A DNA stretch of 64,000 nucleotides from an uncultured Gemmatimonadaceae bacterium (GTDB lineage: Bacteria > Gemmatimonadota > Gemmatimonadetes > Gemmatimonadales > Gemmatimonadaceae): positions 2,112,001 through 2,176,000 of the forward strand of contig CAWJMB010000002.1 of NCBI GenBank assembly GCA_963843845.1. Reading direction: 5' to 3'. The notes below the pieces were generated by a model, which did not search any database, was not told the origin of the DNA, and saw only the letters and a list, made by a program, of their open reading frames with translations. A program made the translations under genes and the position numbers. Shown here piece by piece: positions 19,314-31,247 of the stretch (position 1 is its first letter; the number at the start of each line of letters is the position of its first letter).

Positions 19314-20861
19314 TCACTCCCACTCGATCGTCGCCGGCGGCTTCGAGCTGACGTCGTAGACGACGCGGTTCACCCCGCGCACCTCGTTGATGATCCGAGA
19401 CGAGATGCGCGCGAGCGGCTCGTGTGGGAACTGGAACCAGTCCGCGGTCATGCCGTCGGTGCTCGTGACCGCGCGCAGCGCGACCACGTTCTCGTAGGTG
19501 CGGTAGTCGCCCATGACGCCGACCGAGCGCACCGGCAGCAACACCGCGAACGCCTGCCAGATCGCGTCGTACAGTCCCGCCTCTCGGATCTCCTCGAGAT
19601 AGATCGCGTCCGCCTGCCGCAGCACGGCGAGCGCGTCGCGCGACACGGCGCCGAGCACGCGGATCGCGAGACCCGGCCCGGGGAACGGGTGACGCCCGAC
19701 CATCTCCTCGGGGAGGGCGAGCTCTCGCCCGACGTTGCGCACCTCGTCCTTGAACAGCTCGCGCAGCGGCTCGATGAGCCCGAACTTCATGTCGGGCCTG
19801 AGGCCGCCGACGTTGTGATGCGTCTTGATCGTGACGCTCGCGCCGCCGGTCGGCGAGAAACTCTCGATCACGTCCGGGTAGAGCGTACCCTGCACCAGGA
19901 ATCGGACGTCCTCGCCGACCGACGTCGACGCATCCTCGAACACGTCGATGAAGGTGTGGCCGATGATCTTCCGCTTCTCCTCCGGCTCGTCGATGCCCTC
20001 CAGCGCGTCGAGGAAGCGGTCGGACGCGTCCACGACGCGCAGGTCGATGCCGAGGTGCTGGCGGAACGTGCGTTCCACCTGATCGCGCTCGTGCAGCCGC
20101 AGCAGCCCCGTGTCGACGAAGATGCACGTGAGCTGATCGCCGATCGCACGATGCACGAGCGCGGCAGCCACGGCGGAGTCGACGCCACCTGAGAGACCGC
20201 AGATGACGCGCGACGTCCCGACCTTCTCGCGGATGCCCGCGATCTGCTCGTCGATGAACGCTCCCGGCGTCCAGTCCGGCCGCGCGCCGCACGCGCCGAA
20301 CAGGAAGTTCGAGAGGATCTCGCCGCCGCGCGGCGAGTGCGCGACCTCGGGGTGGAACTGCACACCGTAGAGCGGCCGCTCACGGTGACGGAACGCGGCG
20401 ACCGGGCTGCTCACGCTGCGCGCGATGACTTCGAGCTCGTCCGGTAGCGCCGCGACTTGATCGCCGTGACTCATCCACACCGGAGTGCGCTCGCCCGCCC
20501 CGAAGCCGGCGAACAGGCCCGCCGGCTCGATGACTTCGATGTCGGCGCGTCCGTACTCGCGCGCGCGCGCCGGCAGGATGCGGGCGCCGGTCATCTGCGC
20601 GAGGAGGTTCATGCCGTAGCAGACGCCCAACACGGGTGCCACATCGAGCATCTCGCGCGGAACGGTCGGGGCCCCGTCGTCGTACACCGAGTTCGGACCG
20701 CCGCTGAGAATGATGCCGGTCGGATTCCATGCGCGGACCCACTCGATCGACCGGGTGGGCGGGTGGATCTCGCTGTAGACCCGCGCCTCGCGCACGCGGC
20801 GCGCGATGAGCTGCGTGTACTGCGAGCCGAAGTCGACGATGAGAATGCGATCGTGCGTCAC
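19314..20861 (-). CDS. guaA: GMP synthase (glutamine-hydrolysing)
   Basis: [46 protein letters not shown] start overlaps the upstream TGA. Confidence 0.97.
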   Translation of the reverse strand: MTHDRILIVDFGSQYTQLIARRVREARVYSEIHPPTRSIEWVRAWNPTGIILSGGPNSVYDDGAPTVPREMLDVAPVLGVCYGMNLLAQMTGARILPARAREYGRADIEVIEPAGLFAGFGAGERTPVWMSHGDQVAALPDELEVIARSVSSPVAAFRHRERPLYGVQFHPEVAHSPRGGEILSNFLFGACGARPDWTPGAFIDEQIAGIREKVGTSRVICGLSGGVDSAVAAALVHRAIGDQLTCIFVDTGLLRLHERDQVERTFRQHLGIDLRVVDASDRFLDALEGIDEPEEKRKIIGHTFIDVFEDASTSVGEDVRFLVQGTLYPDVIESFSPTGGASVTIKTHHNVGGLRPDMKFGLIEPLRELFKDEVRNVGRELALPEEMVGRHPFPGPGLAIRVLGAVSRDALAVLRQADAIYLEEIREAGLYDAIWQAFAVLLPVRSVGVMGDYRTYENVVALRAVTSTDGMTADWFQFPHEPLARISSRIINEVRGVNRVVYDVSSKPPATIEWE

Positions 20862-21370
20862 GAGCGCGCCGTGAAGTCGGTCAGCTTGATCACCTCGACA
20901 CCCCGCGTCTCGAGGTCGAGGATCGCCGCCGTGGGGGCGCCGGTGAGCCACCCGCACGCCTCGCCCGGATTCACCATGAGCGTCTCGCCGCGCATGCGCA
21001 TCTCCGCCTGGTGCGAGCAGCCGTGCACGACGATCCCGTGCGTGTCGAGTGACCGCGGCAGCACGTCGCCGACGTCGTGCACGACGAGAATCGTCTGGCC
21101 GCCGACGGCGAAGCTGTGCGGCGACTCGAACAGCTCGCCGCCGGCGGGGAGCGACGAGGCCGTCGCGGCGAGCCCTTCCCGATCGCCGTCGTTGCGGCCG
21201 AACACGCCCACGATCGGGACGCCAGCGTCCCGGAACGGCCGCAGCGCGAAGGGCGAGCAGTAGTCACCCGTGTGCATCACCATCGTCACGCCGCCTTCCT
21301 GGAAGCGGCGGAGCAGCTCCGTGATCGCGGACAGTCGGTCGTGCGTGTCGGCGAGTAGTCCGATCTTCAC
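20858..21370 (-). CDS. YfcE/MJ0936-like metallophosphoesterase with altered metal ligands
   Basis: [38 protein letters not shown]. Confidence 0.88.
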   Translation of the reverse strand: MKIGLLADTHDRLSAITELLRRFQEGGVTMVMHTGDYCSPFALRPFRDAGVPIVGVFGRNDGDREGLAATASSLPAGGELFESPHSFAVGGQTILVVHDVGDVLPRSLDTHGIVVHGCSHQAEMRMRGETLMVNPGEACGWLTGAPTAAILDLETRGVEVIKLTDFTARS

Positions 21371-22680
21371 TCTGTTCTCCAATCGAGTGCCGCGCGTTCC
21401 TGCCGCACGAGGTCCTCGTACCGCTCGCGCTCCGTGACGACCGCGAAGCGGTCGCCGTCGACGAGCACTTCAGCCGGACGAGGACGCGAGTTGTAGTTCG
21501 ATGCCATGACGAACCCATAGGCGCCCGCCGTGCGCACGGCGAGCAGATCGCCGGGCCGCACGTCGTCGACGACGCGGTTCAGCGCCAGGAAGTCGCCGCT
21601 CTCGCACACGGGTCCCACGACGTCCGCGACGACGCGGGTCGCGCGAGGCTTGACGGCGTCGATCTCGTGCCACGCGTCATAGTGCGACGGTCGCACGAGG
21701 TCGTTCATCCCCGCGTCGGTGATCACGTACTCCTTCCCGCCGCTCCGCTTGCGATACAGCACGCGCGTCAGCAGCAGCCCGCTCTCGGCGACGAGAAAGC
21801 GGCCCGGCTCGAGGATCAGCCGGACGCCTAACGCGCGGCCGATCGCTCTCATCCCGTCGCCGTACCGCTCGACGTCGGCCGGCGCCTCGTCGCGATACAC
21901 CACCCCGAGCCCGCCACCGACGTCGAGGTACTGGATCGCGAAGTCGTCCGCGCGCAGTTGCGTCACGAGCGACGCGACGCGGTCGAGCGCCGCGCCGTAC
22001 GGCTCGAAGCTCGCCAGCTGCGAGCCGATGTGCATGTCGAGCCCGATCAACGCGACGTTCGGCAGCGATCGCGTGAGCCGAGCCGCGTCCCGCACGTCGT
22101 CGAACGGAATGCCGAACTTGTGCCCCTTCTCGCCCGTGCGGATGTAGTGATGGGGACTGTCGACGGTGACTTCGGGATTCACGCGCAGCGCGACCGGCGC
22201 CACGACGCCGCGCGCCCGGGCGACCTCGTCGAGCACGATCAGCTCCCCTTCACTCTCCACGTTCACGAACAGCACGCCCGCGGCGAGCGCTTCGTCGAGC
22301 TCGCGCGCGGTCTTGCCGACGCCGCTGAACACGATGTCGGCTCCGGCGAAGCCCGCCTCCTGCGCGCGGTAGAGCTCCCCACCCGAGACGATGTCGACGC
22401 CCGCCCCCTCCGTGCGCAGCACCCGGAGCAGCGCGAGATTCGAGTTCGCCTTCACGCTGAAGTGGATGCGATGCGGCACGCCGTCGAGCGCGGCAGCGAG
22501 CCGGCGAAACTGCTGCCGGACGACTCCCGCGCTGTAGACGTACGACGGCGTTCCCGCGACGTCGGCGATGACGCGCGCGGGCACCGCGTCACAGTGCAGC
22601 TCATCGTCGCGCATCGCGAAGCCCGGCACCGGCGGCGCGGCGGCGGGGTGATGCACTGCGCTCAGTACGCCCTGGCCCAC
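21367..22680 (-). CDS. lysA: Diaminopimelate decarboxylase
   Basis: [42 protein letters not shown]; start uncertain (GTG 22680). Confidence 0.95.
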   Translation of the reverse strand: MGQGVLSAVHHPAAAPPVPGFAMRDDELHCDAVPARVIADVAGTPSYVYSAGVVRQQFRRLAAALDGVPHRIHFSVKANSNLALLRVLRTEGAGVDIVSGGELYRAQEAGFAGADIVFSGVGKTARELDEALAAGVLFVNVESEGELIVLDEVARARGVVAPVALRVNPEVTVDSPHHYIRTGEKGHKFGIPFDDVRDAARLTRSLPNVALIGLDMHIGSQLASFEPYGAALDRVASLVTQLRADDFAIQYLDVGGGLGVVYRDEAPADVERYGDGMRAIGRALGVRLILEPGRFLVAESGLLLTRVLYRKRSGGKEYVITDAGMNDLVRPSHYDAWHEIDAVKPRATRVVADVVGPVCESGDFLALNRVVDDVRPGDLLAVRTAGAYGFVMASNYNSRPRPAEVLVDGDRFAVVTERERYEDLVRQERAALDWRTE

Positions 22681-24128
22681 ACGACCTCGTGCGCCGCCGC
22701 CTCGCCGCTCACCATGCACCGCGTGGGCGCGTCAGGGCTCCGGAATTCGGCGTCCGGGATCACTCGGATGGTCGCCTTCGTCTCCTCCTTCACCTGCGCC
22801 TCGACCGCAGGGTCACCATTCCACCCGGCGTACACGAAGCCGCCCGCCTCGACGATCTCCTTGAAGCGATCGTAGCTGATGTCGCCGCGGTGCGAGTTCG
22901 CGTTCAGGCGGTCACGCGCGGCGCTCAACATGTCCGCCTGTACCGCGCCGAGTGTCGCCTCCAGCGTCGCGGCCAACGTGTCGAGCGACGCCGTCGTCTT
23001 GACCCGCGTATCCCGACGGACGACGATCGCCTGGTCGTTCGCGATGTCACGCGGCCCGAGCTCGAGACGCAGCGGCACGCCGCGCAGCTCCCACTCGTAG
23101 TACTTCGAGCCCGGTTTGATCCCCTCGCGGTCGTCGACGTGGACGCGCAGCCGCTCGTGCGCGGCGGTGAGGGTGCTGCCCAACGTCGCCTTGAGGCGGT
23201 GCGCGGCCTCGAAGACCTGGGCCTTCTCCTCGTCTTTCCGCCAGATCGGGACGATCACGATCTGGATGGGTGCGAGCAACGGCGGCGTGCGCAACCCGCC
23301 ATCGTCGCCGTGCGTCATGACGAGCCCGCCCACCATGCGCGTCGACACGCCCCAGCTCGTGTTCCACGCGTGCTCGATCGTTCCGCTCTCACTCTGGAAC
23401 GTGAGGTCGAACGCTTTCGCGAAGTTCTGCCCCAGGTTGTGCGACGTGCCGGCCTGGAGCGCCTTGCCGTCCTGCATCATCGCCTCGCACGAGTAGGTGC
23501 GCAGCGCGCCGGCGAATTTCTCACTCTCGGTTTTCTGGCCGGTCACGACGGGCATGGCCATGTGCCCTTCCATGAACGTGCGGTAGACGCCGAGCATCTG
23601 GCGCGCCTCCGCCTCGGCCTCGTCGTGCGTGGCGTGCGCGGTGTGCCCCTCCTGCCACAGGAACTCCATCGTGCGCAGGAACAACCGCGTGCGCATCTCC
23701 CACCGCACGACGTTCGCCCACTGATTGTAGAGCAGTGGGAGGTCGCGATAGCTCTGCACCCACTTCGCGAACATCGTGTAGATGATCGTCTCCGACGTGG
23801 GGCGGACGATCAGCGGCTCTTCCAGCTTCTTCCCGCCGCCGTGCGTGACGACGGCCGTCTCCGGCGCGAACCCCTCCACGTGCGACGCTTCCTTCGCGAG
23901 GAAGCTCTCCGGGATGAACAGCGGGAAGTACGCGTTCACGTGCCCGGTCGCCTTGAACATGTCGTCGAGCGCGCGCTGCATCCGCTCCCAGATGCCGTAG
24001 CCGTTCGGGCGGATCACCATGCAGCCGCGGACCGGCGAGTAGTCCGCGAGCTCGGCGCGGAGCACGAGCTCGTTGTACCAGGCGCTGAAGTCGTCCGCGC
24101 GGGTCGTGAGCTTCTTCTCGTCGGCCAT
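22662..24128 (-). CDS. proS: Proline--tRNA ligase (archaeal/eukaryote-like type)
   Basis: [42 protein letters not shown]-terminal WARAY. Confidence 0.96.
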   Translation of the reverse strand: MADEKKLTTRADDFSAWYNELVLRAELADYSPVRGCMVIRPNGYGIWERMQRALDDMFKATGHVNAYFPLFIPESFLAKEASHVEGFAPETAVVTHGGGKKLEEPLIVRPTSETIIYTMFAKWVQSYRDLPLLYNQWANVVRWEMRTRLFLRTMEFLWQEGHTAHATHDEAEAEARQMLGVYRTFMEGHMAMPVVTGQKTESEKFAGALRTYSCEAMMQDGKALQAGTSHNLGQNFAKAFDLTFQSESGTIEHAWNTSWGVSTRMVGGLVMTHGDDGGLRTPPLLAPIQIVIVPIWRKDEEKAQVFEAAHRLKATLGSTLTAAHERLRVHVDDREGIKPGSKYYEWELRGVPLRLELGPRDIANDQAIVVRRDTRVKTTASLDTLAATLEATLGAVQADMLSAARDRLNANSHRGDISYDRFKEIVEAGGFVYAGWNGDPAVEAQVKEETKATIRVIPDAEFRSPDAPTRCMVSGEAAAHEVVWARAY

Positions 24129-24186
24129 GAAGTCGGCGTGTCGCTGAGATGTGGGTGTCTTTGCGGGGTCGTGCGCCGGACGCCGC

Positions 24187-25485
24187 CTACCGGCCCGGCT
24201 CGGCCGCGGCGGCCAGCCACGCATCGAGCGCGACGGTCGTCTCGCTCTTGTCGTCGAGCCGGCGAAGTGTGACGGCGCCGTCGTGCGCGAGCTGGTCGCC
24301 GCGGAGCAGCACCGCGACGCGTGCGCCGGCGTTTCGAGCGGCCTTCACCTGCTTGTCGAGCGCCTGGTCACGCAGCGCGTACTCGACCGAGTGCCCGGCG
24401 CGGCGGAGCTGGGTCGCCGTACGCATCACCACCGGCAACAGCGACGCGTCGTCAGCCGCGACCCAGTAATCGAGCGCCGCCTCGCTCGCCGGCATCAGCC
24501 CGCGGTCACGCAGCAACTCGCCGAGCACCACGTCGCCCATGCCGAAGCCGAGCGCTGGCAGGTCGACGCCGCCCAACGACGAGAGCAGCGTGTCGTAACG
24601 TCCGCCGCCACAGATCGCGCGTAGCTCACCCTTCGCGTCGAACAGCTCGAACACGACGCCGGTGTAGTAGGCGAGTCCGCGCACGATCGTGAGATCGAGC
24701 CGCACCCAGTCGCCGACGCCCAGCGCGGTCAGGTACTCGAAATAGCGCGCGAGTCGATCGAGATGTCCGGCGACGTCTGGATCGGCGCCGTACAGCGCCC
24801 GCAGCGCATCGACCGTCGTCGGACGCGCCATCGACAGCAGCGCCTCGGCGACGTCAGTTGCAACGCCGGCGGCGGCGAGGCGCTCGACGAGCACGGGGCG
24901 CGGCTCGCGCTCGACCTTGTCGATCGCCGCGTAGGCCGCGCCGAGCTGCGGCTCCGTGACGCCGAGCGTTCGCAGGAGCGCGGCGAGGAGTCTGCGGTCG
25001 GACACGCGCGCGACCACGTCGCTCGACGTGAGCCCGAATTCGCGCAGCATGTCGATCGCCACGGCGAGCAGCTCCGCGTCCGCGGCTTCGCCGCTCTCGC
25101 CGACGAGGTCGACGTTCAGCTGGAAGTGCTCGCGCAGCCGGCCGCGCTGCTGCCGCTCGTAGCGAAAGAGCTGCGGCACCGAGAACCAGCGCACCGGCTT
25201 GCGGAGCGCGTTCGCGCGCGATGCGACCATCCGCGCGAACGTCGGCGTCATCTCCGGGCGCAGCGCGACCGCGCGGTCGCCCTTGTCGACGAAGTTGTAG
25301 AGCTGCCCGACGATCTCGTCGCCGCTCTTGCGCGTGTACAGCTCGAGTGGCTCGAGTGGCGGACCGTCGTATTCCGCGAACCCGTACCGCCGTGCGACCG
25401 CGCGCCACGTGCGCACGATGTACGCGCGCTCGGCGAACTCCGCGGGGAAGAAGTCGCGGAAGCCGGGGAGTGGCTTGCTCTGCAT
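24187..25485 (-). CDS. hisS: Histidine--tRNA ligase
   Basis: [42 protein letters not shown]. Confidence 0.96.
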   Translation of the reverse strand: MQSKPLPGFRDFFPAEFAERAYIVRTWRAVARRYGFAEYDGPPLEPLELYTRKSGDEIVGQLYNFVDKGDRAVALRPEMTPTFARMVASRANALRKPVRWFSVPQLFRYERQQRGRLREHFQLNVDLVGESGEAADAELLAVAIDMLREFGLTSSDVVARVSDRRLLAALLRTLGVTEPQLGAAYAAIDKVEREPRPVLVERLAAAGVATDVAEALLSMARPTTVDALRALYGADPDVAGHLDRLARYFEYLTALGVGDWVRLDLTIVRGLAYYTGVVFELFDAKGELRAICGGGRYDTLLSSLGGVDLPALGFGMGDVVLGELLRDRGLMPASEAALDYWVAADDASLLPVVMRTATQLRRAGHSVEYALRDQALDKQVKAARNAGARVAVLLRGDQLAHDGAVTLRRLDDKSETTVALDAWLAAAAEPGR

Positions 25486-25493
25486 CGCGGATT

Positions 25494-26807
25494 CTACCGA
25501 GCCAGCGGATCGACCTGCAAGCGCGCCATCGCGTCGCCGACCGTGTGGAACGAGCCCGCGACGACCGTCGTGCCCCCCGCGCCAGCCGCGCGTCGCAGCG
25601 CCACATCGAAGTCGACGACGTGCTCCGCGCTCCACGCGCGGGCGCCGGCGAAGTCGCACGCTTCGGTCGCGCTCCAGACCCGAGCCGCCGGCGCGCTCGG
25701 CGCCGTCGTCAGCACGAAGTGATCGACCGCGGGCGCGAGCGCGTCGAGCACCCCGCGCCAGTCTTTGTCGCTCAGTACGGCGACGAGGGCGGTGATCGGG
25801 CGCGGCAATCCCAGCGTCGCGAGCGTTTCCGCCAGCACGCGCGCTCCGTCGGGATTGTGTGCCACGTCGAACAGCCAGCGGCCGACGCGCTGAAAGCGTC
25901 CGGGAAGCCGCACTGCGCTCAACGCGGCCGCGTCGTCGGCCAGTGGGCGCCGCCACGGCGCACCGGCCGCGTCGAGCATCGTCAGTGCGGTCGCCGTGTT
26001 CCCGGCCTGGAAGCGTCCCAGCAGAGGCGTGGTCAGGCGCGCGGAGCCGAACGGCGCCACCAGCTCGAACGAGGTTCCGCTCGCGTCGACCGACGTCGCC
26101 AGCACGCGTGACTCTTCGACCACGACACGAGTCGGTGCATCAGCCTCGCGCGCACAGGTAGCGAGCACGCGGCGCGCGACGTCGTCGTGCGCTCCGATCA
26201 CTGCCGTCACACCCGGCTTGAAGATCCCTCCCTTCTCGCGCGCGATCGCAGCGATCGTATCGCCGAGCAGCTCGGTGTGATCGAATCCGATCTCCGTGAC
26301 GCCCGCGACCACGGGCGTGACGACGTTCGTCGAGTCCAGACGGCCGCCGAGTCCGGTCTCGACGACCATCACGTCCGCGCCGGCACGCGCGAAGTGATCG
26401 AACGCCATCGCCGTCGTGAACTCGAAGAACGTCGCGCCGACACGCTCGCACAGCGCGGCGTGCTCGCGAATGAACGCGACGACTTCTTGCTCGCTGATCG
26501 CCCGGTCGCCGACGACGATGCGCTCGCGGAAGTCGACGAGGTGCGGCGACGTGTACCGGCCGACGCGCAGCCCCCGCGACGCGAGCAGCGCCGAGAGCGT
26601 GGCGACGGTGCTTCCCTTCCCGTTGGTGCCGGCGACGTGGAACGACGGCAGTGCCTCGTGCGGCTCGCCGAGCGCGGTGAGGAGCTCGCGCGTACGCGCG
26701 AGCCCGTACCGACTCCCGCCGGTCGTGCGCGCGAAGAGTTGCTCGAGCGCGTCGCGGTACGCGCCGCTGGCGTTCCGAGCGACGGCGGCGAGCGGGGCGC
26801 CGGTCAG
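25494..26807 (-). CDS. folC: Folylpolyglutamate synthase/dihydrofolate synthase; probable CTG start
   Basis: The frame stays open upstream of the track's ATG (26408) through HVAGTNGKGST, YTSPHLVDFRER and TFFEFTT; ETGLGGRLDSTN and DVAHNPDG lie downstream. Confidence 0.93.
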   Translation of the reverse strand: MTGAPLAAVARNASGAYRDALEQLFARTTGGSRYGLARTRELLTALGEPHEALPSFHVAGTNGKGSTVATLSALLASRGLRVGRYTSPHLVDFRERIVVGDRAISEQEVVAFIREHAALCERVGATFFEFTTAMAFDHFARAGADVMVVETGLGGRLDSTNVVTPVVAGVTEIGFDHTELLGDTIAAIAREKGGIFKPGVTAVIGAHDDVARRVLATCAREADAPTRVVVEESRVLATSVDASGTSFELVAPFGSARLTTPLLGRFQAGNTATALTMLDAAGAPWRRPLADDAAALSAVRLPGRFQRVGRWLFDVAHNPDGARVLAETLATLGLPRPITALVAVLSDKDWRGVLDALAPAVDHFVLTTAPSAPAARVWSATEACDFAGARAWSAEHVVDFDVALRRAAGAGGTTVVAGSFHTVGDAMARLQVDPLAR

Positions 26808-27664
26808 GTGGCCGCGTACCCCGCGCCGGCGGGACGACCCATCATGTGCCGCAGCAGCTGCTCGACGGTCATCTTGAGATCGCGCCGGTGCACGACGTCG
26901 TCGAGTATCCCGTGGTCCAACAGGAACTCGGCCGTCTGAAATCCTTCGGGAAGGTCCTGTCCGAGCGTCTGCTTGATGACACGCGGCCCCGCGAAGCCGA
27001 TGACCGCGCCCGGTTCCGCGAGAATGATGTCGCCGAGCATCGCGTAGCTCGCACTGACACCGCCGGTGGTCGGGTTCGTCAGGATCGACACGTAGGGGAT
27101 CTTCCGCTCGGCGAGCTGCGACAGCACGGCGGACGCCTTCGCCATCTGCATCAGCGACAGCACCCCTTCCTGCATCCGCGCGCCGCCGGAGGCAGAGACG
27201 AGAATGAGTGGCTGCTTCTTCTCGAGCGACCGCTGGCCCGCGCGCGCGATTTTCTCACCGACGACCGAGCCCATCGAGCCGCCCATGAACGCGAAGTCCA
27301 TGACGCCGACGTTCGCGGGGATGCTTCCGATCGTTCCCGTGGCGGTGAGCATCGCGTCACCGTCGCCGGCGTTCGTGTTCGCCTTCTTGAGGCGCTGCGG
27401 GTACTCGGGGAAGCCGAGCGGGTCCGTCGACCGGACCTCGATGTCGGTCTCGTCCCAGTTGTCGTCGAGGAGAATGCTCAGATACTCGACGGCCCGGATG
27501 CGACGGTGGAAGTCGCACATCGGGCAGACGTTGAGATTCCGAACGAACTTCTCGCGGAGGTCGGTGTGCCCGCACGCCTCGCACTTCTCCCACGCGTCGG
27601 GCGGAATCTCCAGCCGCTCGCGGCGGGGAACACGGGGCTTTCTCTCTTTCCGGAACCAGGCCAT
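26804..27664 (-). CDS. accD: Acetyl-CoA carboxylase carboxyltransferase beta subunit
   Basis: WEKCEAC..CPMC zinc finger, FMGGSMGSVVGE, SGGARMQEG, PTTGGVSAS, FQTAEFL. Confidence 0.96.
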   Translation of the reverse strand: MAWFRKERKPRVPRRERLEIPPDAWEKCEACGHTDLREKFVRNLNVCPMCDFHRRIRAVEYLSILLDDNWDETDIEVRSTDPLGFPEYPQRLKKANTNAGDGDAMLTATGTIGSIPANVGVMDFAFMGGSMGSVVGEKIARAGQRSLEKKQPLILVSASGGARMQEGVLSLMQMAKASAVLSQLAERKIPYVSILTNPTTGGVSASYAMLGDIILAEPGAVIGFAGPRVIKQTLGQDLPEGFQTAEFLLDHGILDDVVHRRDLKMTVEQLLRHMMGRPAGAGYAAT

Positions 27665-27712
27665 GAGCAGCAATCTGGTTTCGGCCAGGGCTTCGCGGCA
27701 GCCCTTCCCTGA

Positions 27713-28966
27713 CTAAACGGCCAGGTGCTCTCCGCGCCCCCGCCCTTCCGACGAGAATCGCACGAGCGCGCCGATCGCGAGCCAGGAGATGAGCATGAAC
27801 GAGCCGCCGTAGCTGAAGAAGGGCAGCGGAATGCCGGTGATCGGCATGAGGTTCAGCGTCATCCCGACGTTGACCATGACGTGCACGAACCACCCGGCCG
27901 CGAGCCCGAACGCCGCGAGGCTCGCGAACGAGTCGGTCGAGCGCGAGGCGATGCGCGTGGACCGCAGGAGCAGCGTCAGGAAGAGCGCCAGCGCGATCGA
28001 GACGCCGATGAACCCGAGCTCCTCGCCGAGCACCGCGAAGATGAAGTCGGTGTGTTGCGCGGGGAGGAACGCGAGCCGCTTCTGCGTGCCGAACGTCCAC
28101 CCCTTGCCGAACCAGCCACCGGACCCGATCGCGATCGACGACTGTGTCACGTGGTAGCCGGACGCGCGCGGGTCGTTCTGCGGATCCAGGAAGACGAGCA
28201 GCCGGCGTTGCTGATACGGCTTCAGCGTGTCCCACACGATCGGCGCGAGCACCCCCATGAAGACGTTCGTGACGACGATCGTCACGCCTTCGGACAGATA
28301 CGGCTTGTACCAGAACAGCAATGCGAGCAGCAGCAGGAACCACGTTCCCCACAGCGTCGGGCTGAACGACAGCACGAGGCTGACGACGGGGCTCGCCAGT
28401 AGCACGAGCATCTGCCACGGGATTCCCGCCCAGAACAACATCGCGAACAGAATCCCGACGAACACGATGCCGGACCCGAGGTCCGGCTGAGCCATGATGA
28501 GCACCCACGGCACGCCGACGATCAGCGCCGGTTTCCACAAGTCGAGCAGCGATCGTGGCGGCTCGGTGCGCATCGACAGCACGCGAGCGAGCATCAGCAC
28601 CGTCAGCGGCTTCGCCAGCTCCGCCGGCTGTCCGAGGCGCACGCCACCGATCGTGAGCCAGCCTTTGACGCTGGCTGCCGTGCCGGCGCCCGAGCCAAAG
28701 ACGAGGGTCACGGCGAGGAGCAGGACGCCGAACAGGTACGCCGGCCACGCCACCCACTCGAGCAGGCGAGACGACGCGCGTGACACGCCGTACGACGCGA
28801 CCAGCGCGATGATGAACCAGACGAGCTGCTTCTTCCACGCGCTGACCACGTACGCGACCGGGTAGTCCGTCTGTCCGGCAGAATAGACCATCGCGATCCC
28901 GTAGATCGACAGCAGCAGCGCCGTGATGACGAGCGGCCAGTCTGCCGTCTGCAACCGCTGCCTCAT
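27713..28966 (-). CDS. rodA: Rod shape-determining SEDS protein RodA
   Basis: QPAELAK, QPDLGS, GYHVTQSSIAIGSGG, HTDFIF, GIPLPFFSYGGS; follows mrdA. Confidence 0.95.
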   Translation of the reverse strand: MRQRLQTADWPLVITALLLSIYGIAMVYSAGQTDYPVAYVVSAWKKQLVWFIIALVASYGVSRASSRLLEWVAWPAYLFGVLLLAVTLVFGSGAGTAASVKGWLTIGGVRLGQPAELAKPLTVLMLARVLSMRTEPPRSLLDLWKPALIVGVPWVLIMAQPDLGSGIVFVGILFAMLFWAGIPWQMLVLLASPVVSLVLSFSPTLWGTWFLLLLALLFWYKPYLSEGVTIVVTNVFMGVLAPIVWDTLKPYQQRRLLVFLDPQNDPRASGYHVTQSSIAIGSGGWFGKGWTFGTQKRLAFLPAQHTDFIFAVLGEELGFIGVSIALALFLTLLLRSTRIASRSTDSFASLAAFGLAAGWFVHVMVNVGMTLNLMPITGIPLPFFSYGGSFMLISWLAIGALVRFSSEGRGRGEHLAV

Positions 28967-30762
28967 TCGCCGGCCGTCAGCGCCTCGGTCACGGCGACGC
29001 GCGACTTGAGGTAGTGCCCGATCATCTTGGACGCCATCACCGCCGTCACCGAGCCGTGGTACAACACGTTCTCGAGCATCACGGCGACGACGATGCGCGG
29101 ACGGTCGGCCGGCGCGAAGCCGGTGAACCAGGCATGATTCAGCTCTTTCCCGCTCACCCGGTCGTAGGATCCGCTCTGCGCAGTCCCCGTCTTCCCCGCG
29201 ATGACGACGCCGTCGATGCGGGCGCCCGCGGCCGTGCCCCGAGACGAGACCACCCCCGCCATCGCAGCGCGCAGCCCGACCAGCTGCTCTGGCGTCAGTG
29301 AGTAGACCCGATCACGTTTCGCGGCGCGGCGTGCGATGGTCGGCTGCACCATCGTGCCGTCCTCAGCCAGCGCCGTGTAGAAGCGTGCCATGTTGACGAC
29401 CGTCTGCGCGTTCTCGCCCTGGCCGATCGACATGTTGATCGCACCCGACGCCTGCACGAAGCCGCGCGGATACTTCTTCTGGAAATACTCGAGGGCGTAG
29501 GGGAACTCCGAGCGCGACTCGTTCGGCAGGTCGATCCCCGTCCGCTGATTCATGCCGAGCTTCACGCCGCCGGCGACGAGGCGCGACAGCGTCAGCTTCA
29601 GGCCGAGCTGGTAGAAGTAGACGTCGCACGACTTCTCGATCGCCTGCGACAGGTTCACGTTCCCGTGCCCGCGCTTGTCCCAGCAGCGCCAGTAGCCACG
29701 CCCGAACGAGAAGCCGCCGCTGCACGGCACGTCCATGTGCGTGTCGAGCGTGACGAGGCTGTCCTGAAGCCCGGCGATCGCGGTCGCGAGCTTGTAGGTC
29801 GATCCCGGCGCGTACCGCCCCTGAATGGCCTTGTTGTAGAGCGGGCGGCGCGGGTCGGTGTTCAGCGAGTCGAAATATGCCTTCGGAATCCCGCCGGTGA
29901 ACCGGTTCGGGTCGTAGCTCGGCGCCGACACGAGCGCGAGCACACCGCCCGTCTCCGGGTCGATCGCGACGGCCGCGCCCTGCAGCGAGTCGCCGAAGAG
30001 CGCCGCCGTGAAGCGCTGGAGATCGAGGTCGATGTTGGTGTACAGCGCGGGCCCGGCGATCGGGATCTGATCGTCGCGCGCCTGTCCCGCCTCGCGCACC
30101 ACACGCCCACGCGCATCGACTTCGACGAAGCGATTGCCCTCGCGTCCGCGCAGCTCGGTCTCGTACTGCCGCTCGAGCCCGTTCTTGCCGATGCGCATCC
30201 CGGCCTTGTAGCCCTCGTACTTCGGGTTTCCGAGCTCTGCTTCCGAGATCTCGCCGGTGTAGCCGATGAACGATGCGACGGCAGCGGCGTCCGGGTAGTA
30301 TCGCTTCGGCGCGCTCTGGATGATGAGGCTCGGGAACTCGGTGCGATGCTCCTCGAGCACGGAGACTTGCTGGAATCCCGCGTCAGCGAGGATGACGGCC
30401 GGTCGGTTCGGCGCGCGGTTGAAGCGCCGCACCGCGGTCTCGATGTCGTCGTCGGTGTACGGAATGATCGAGTTCAGCCGCCGCAGCGTCTGCCGTAGCG
30501 AGTCCGCACTCGGCGAGAGCACCGACACCGTGTACCCGGGCAGGTTCTCGGCGATGACCTCGCCATTCCGGTCGTAGATGATCCCGCGCGGCGCGGGCAG
30601 CGGCACCTCGCGCAGCCGGTTCTCCTCGGACTGCATGAGGTAGTCGGCGTGGCGCAGCACCTGCGCGCGGTAGAACGCGCTGGCTAACAGCACGAACGAA
30701 CCCGCGAGCAGCACCCGGGCCACGCGCGAGCGTCGCGCGATGTCGTTCGGATGGAAGCTCAT
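28963..30762 (-). CDS. mrdA: Penicillin-binding protein 2
   Basis: APRGIIYDRNG, PGSTYK (SxxK), SCD, KTGTAQ; mre operon context. Confidence 0.95.
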   Translation of the reverse strand: MSFHPNDIARRSRVARVLLAGSFVLLASAFYRAQVLRHADYLMQSEENRLREVPLPAPRGIIYDRNGEVIAENLPGYTVSVLSPSADSLRQTLRRLNSIIPYTDDDIETAVRRFNRAPNRPAVILADAGFQQVSVLEEHRTEFPSLIIQSAPKRYYPDAAAVASFIGYTGEISEAELGNPKYEGYKAGMRIGKNGLERQYETELRGREGNRFVEVDARGRVVREAGQARDDQIPIAGPALYTNIDLDLQRFTAALFGDSLQGAAVAIDPETGGVLALVSAPSYDPNRFTGGIPKAYFDSLNTDPRRPLYNKAIQGRYAPGSTYKLATAIAGLQDSLVTLDTHMDVPCSGGFSFGRGYWRCWDKRGHGNVNLSQAIEKSCDVYFYQLGLKLTLSRLVAGGVKLGMNQRTGIDLPNESRSEFPYALEYFQKKYPRGFVQASGAINMSIGQGENAQTVVNMARFYTALAEDGTMVQPTIARRAAKRDRVYSLTPEQLVGLRAAMAGVVSSRGTAAGARIDGVVIAGKTGTAQSGSYDRVSGKELNHAWFTGFAPADRPRIVVAVMLENVLYHGSVTAVMASKMIGHYLKSRVAVTEALTAGE

Positions 30763-31247
30763 GCCGGAGCGCGCCCCAGGAGCGGACGGAGAAGAATCAG
30801 TAGCACCACGCCGGAGATCGCCGTCACGGTCGCGGCGAGCGGCGACCAGAGCACGAGCTGCACGAGCAGCTGCGGACCGACGAGGCGACGCTCTGATACC
30901 AGATAGAGGGCGTCGAAGGTCCACTTGCCGACGAAGAAGAACATCGCGCTGAGCGCGAGGTTGTCGGCGAAGAACACGGCCTTGAGCCACGACGCGAGAT
31001 AGGCGACGACGCTCAGTCCGAGTGCGCCGCTCCCGAACCCCGCCGGCGTGATCGCGTCGGCGCCGAGTCCGACGAGAAAGCCGATGAGCGCGGCGAGCCC
31101 CGGGCGCATCCGCACGGCGACGAGCAGCGTCGCGATGACGAGAAAGTCGATCGGCGCCCGCCAGCCGAGCATCGGCCGGAGCGTGAAGTGCAGCAGAACG
31201 AGGAGCGCGAACGCGAGCACGGTCCGCAACGCGAGCCCTGGCGTCAC
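30759..31247 (-). CDS. mreD: Rod shape-determining protein MreD
   Basis: Hydrophobic 162-aa protein between mreC and mrdA. Confidence 0.85.
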   Translation of the reverse strand: MTPGLALRTVLAFALLVLLHFTLRPMLGWRAPIDFLVIATLLVAVRMRPGLAALIGFLVGLGADAITPAGFGSGALGLSVVAYLASWLKAVFFADNLALSAMFFFVGKWTFDALYLVSERRLVGPQLLVQLVLWSPLAATVTAISGVVLLILLRPLLGRAPA

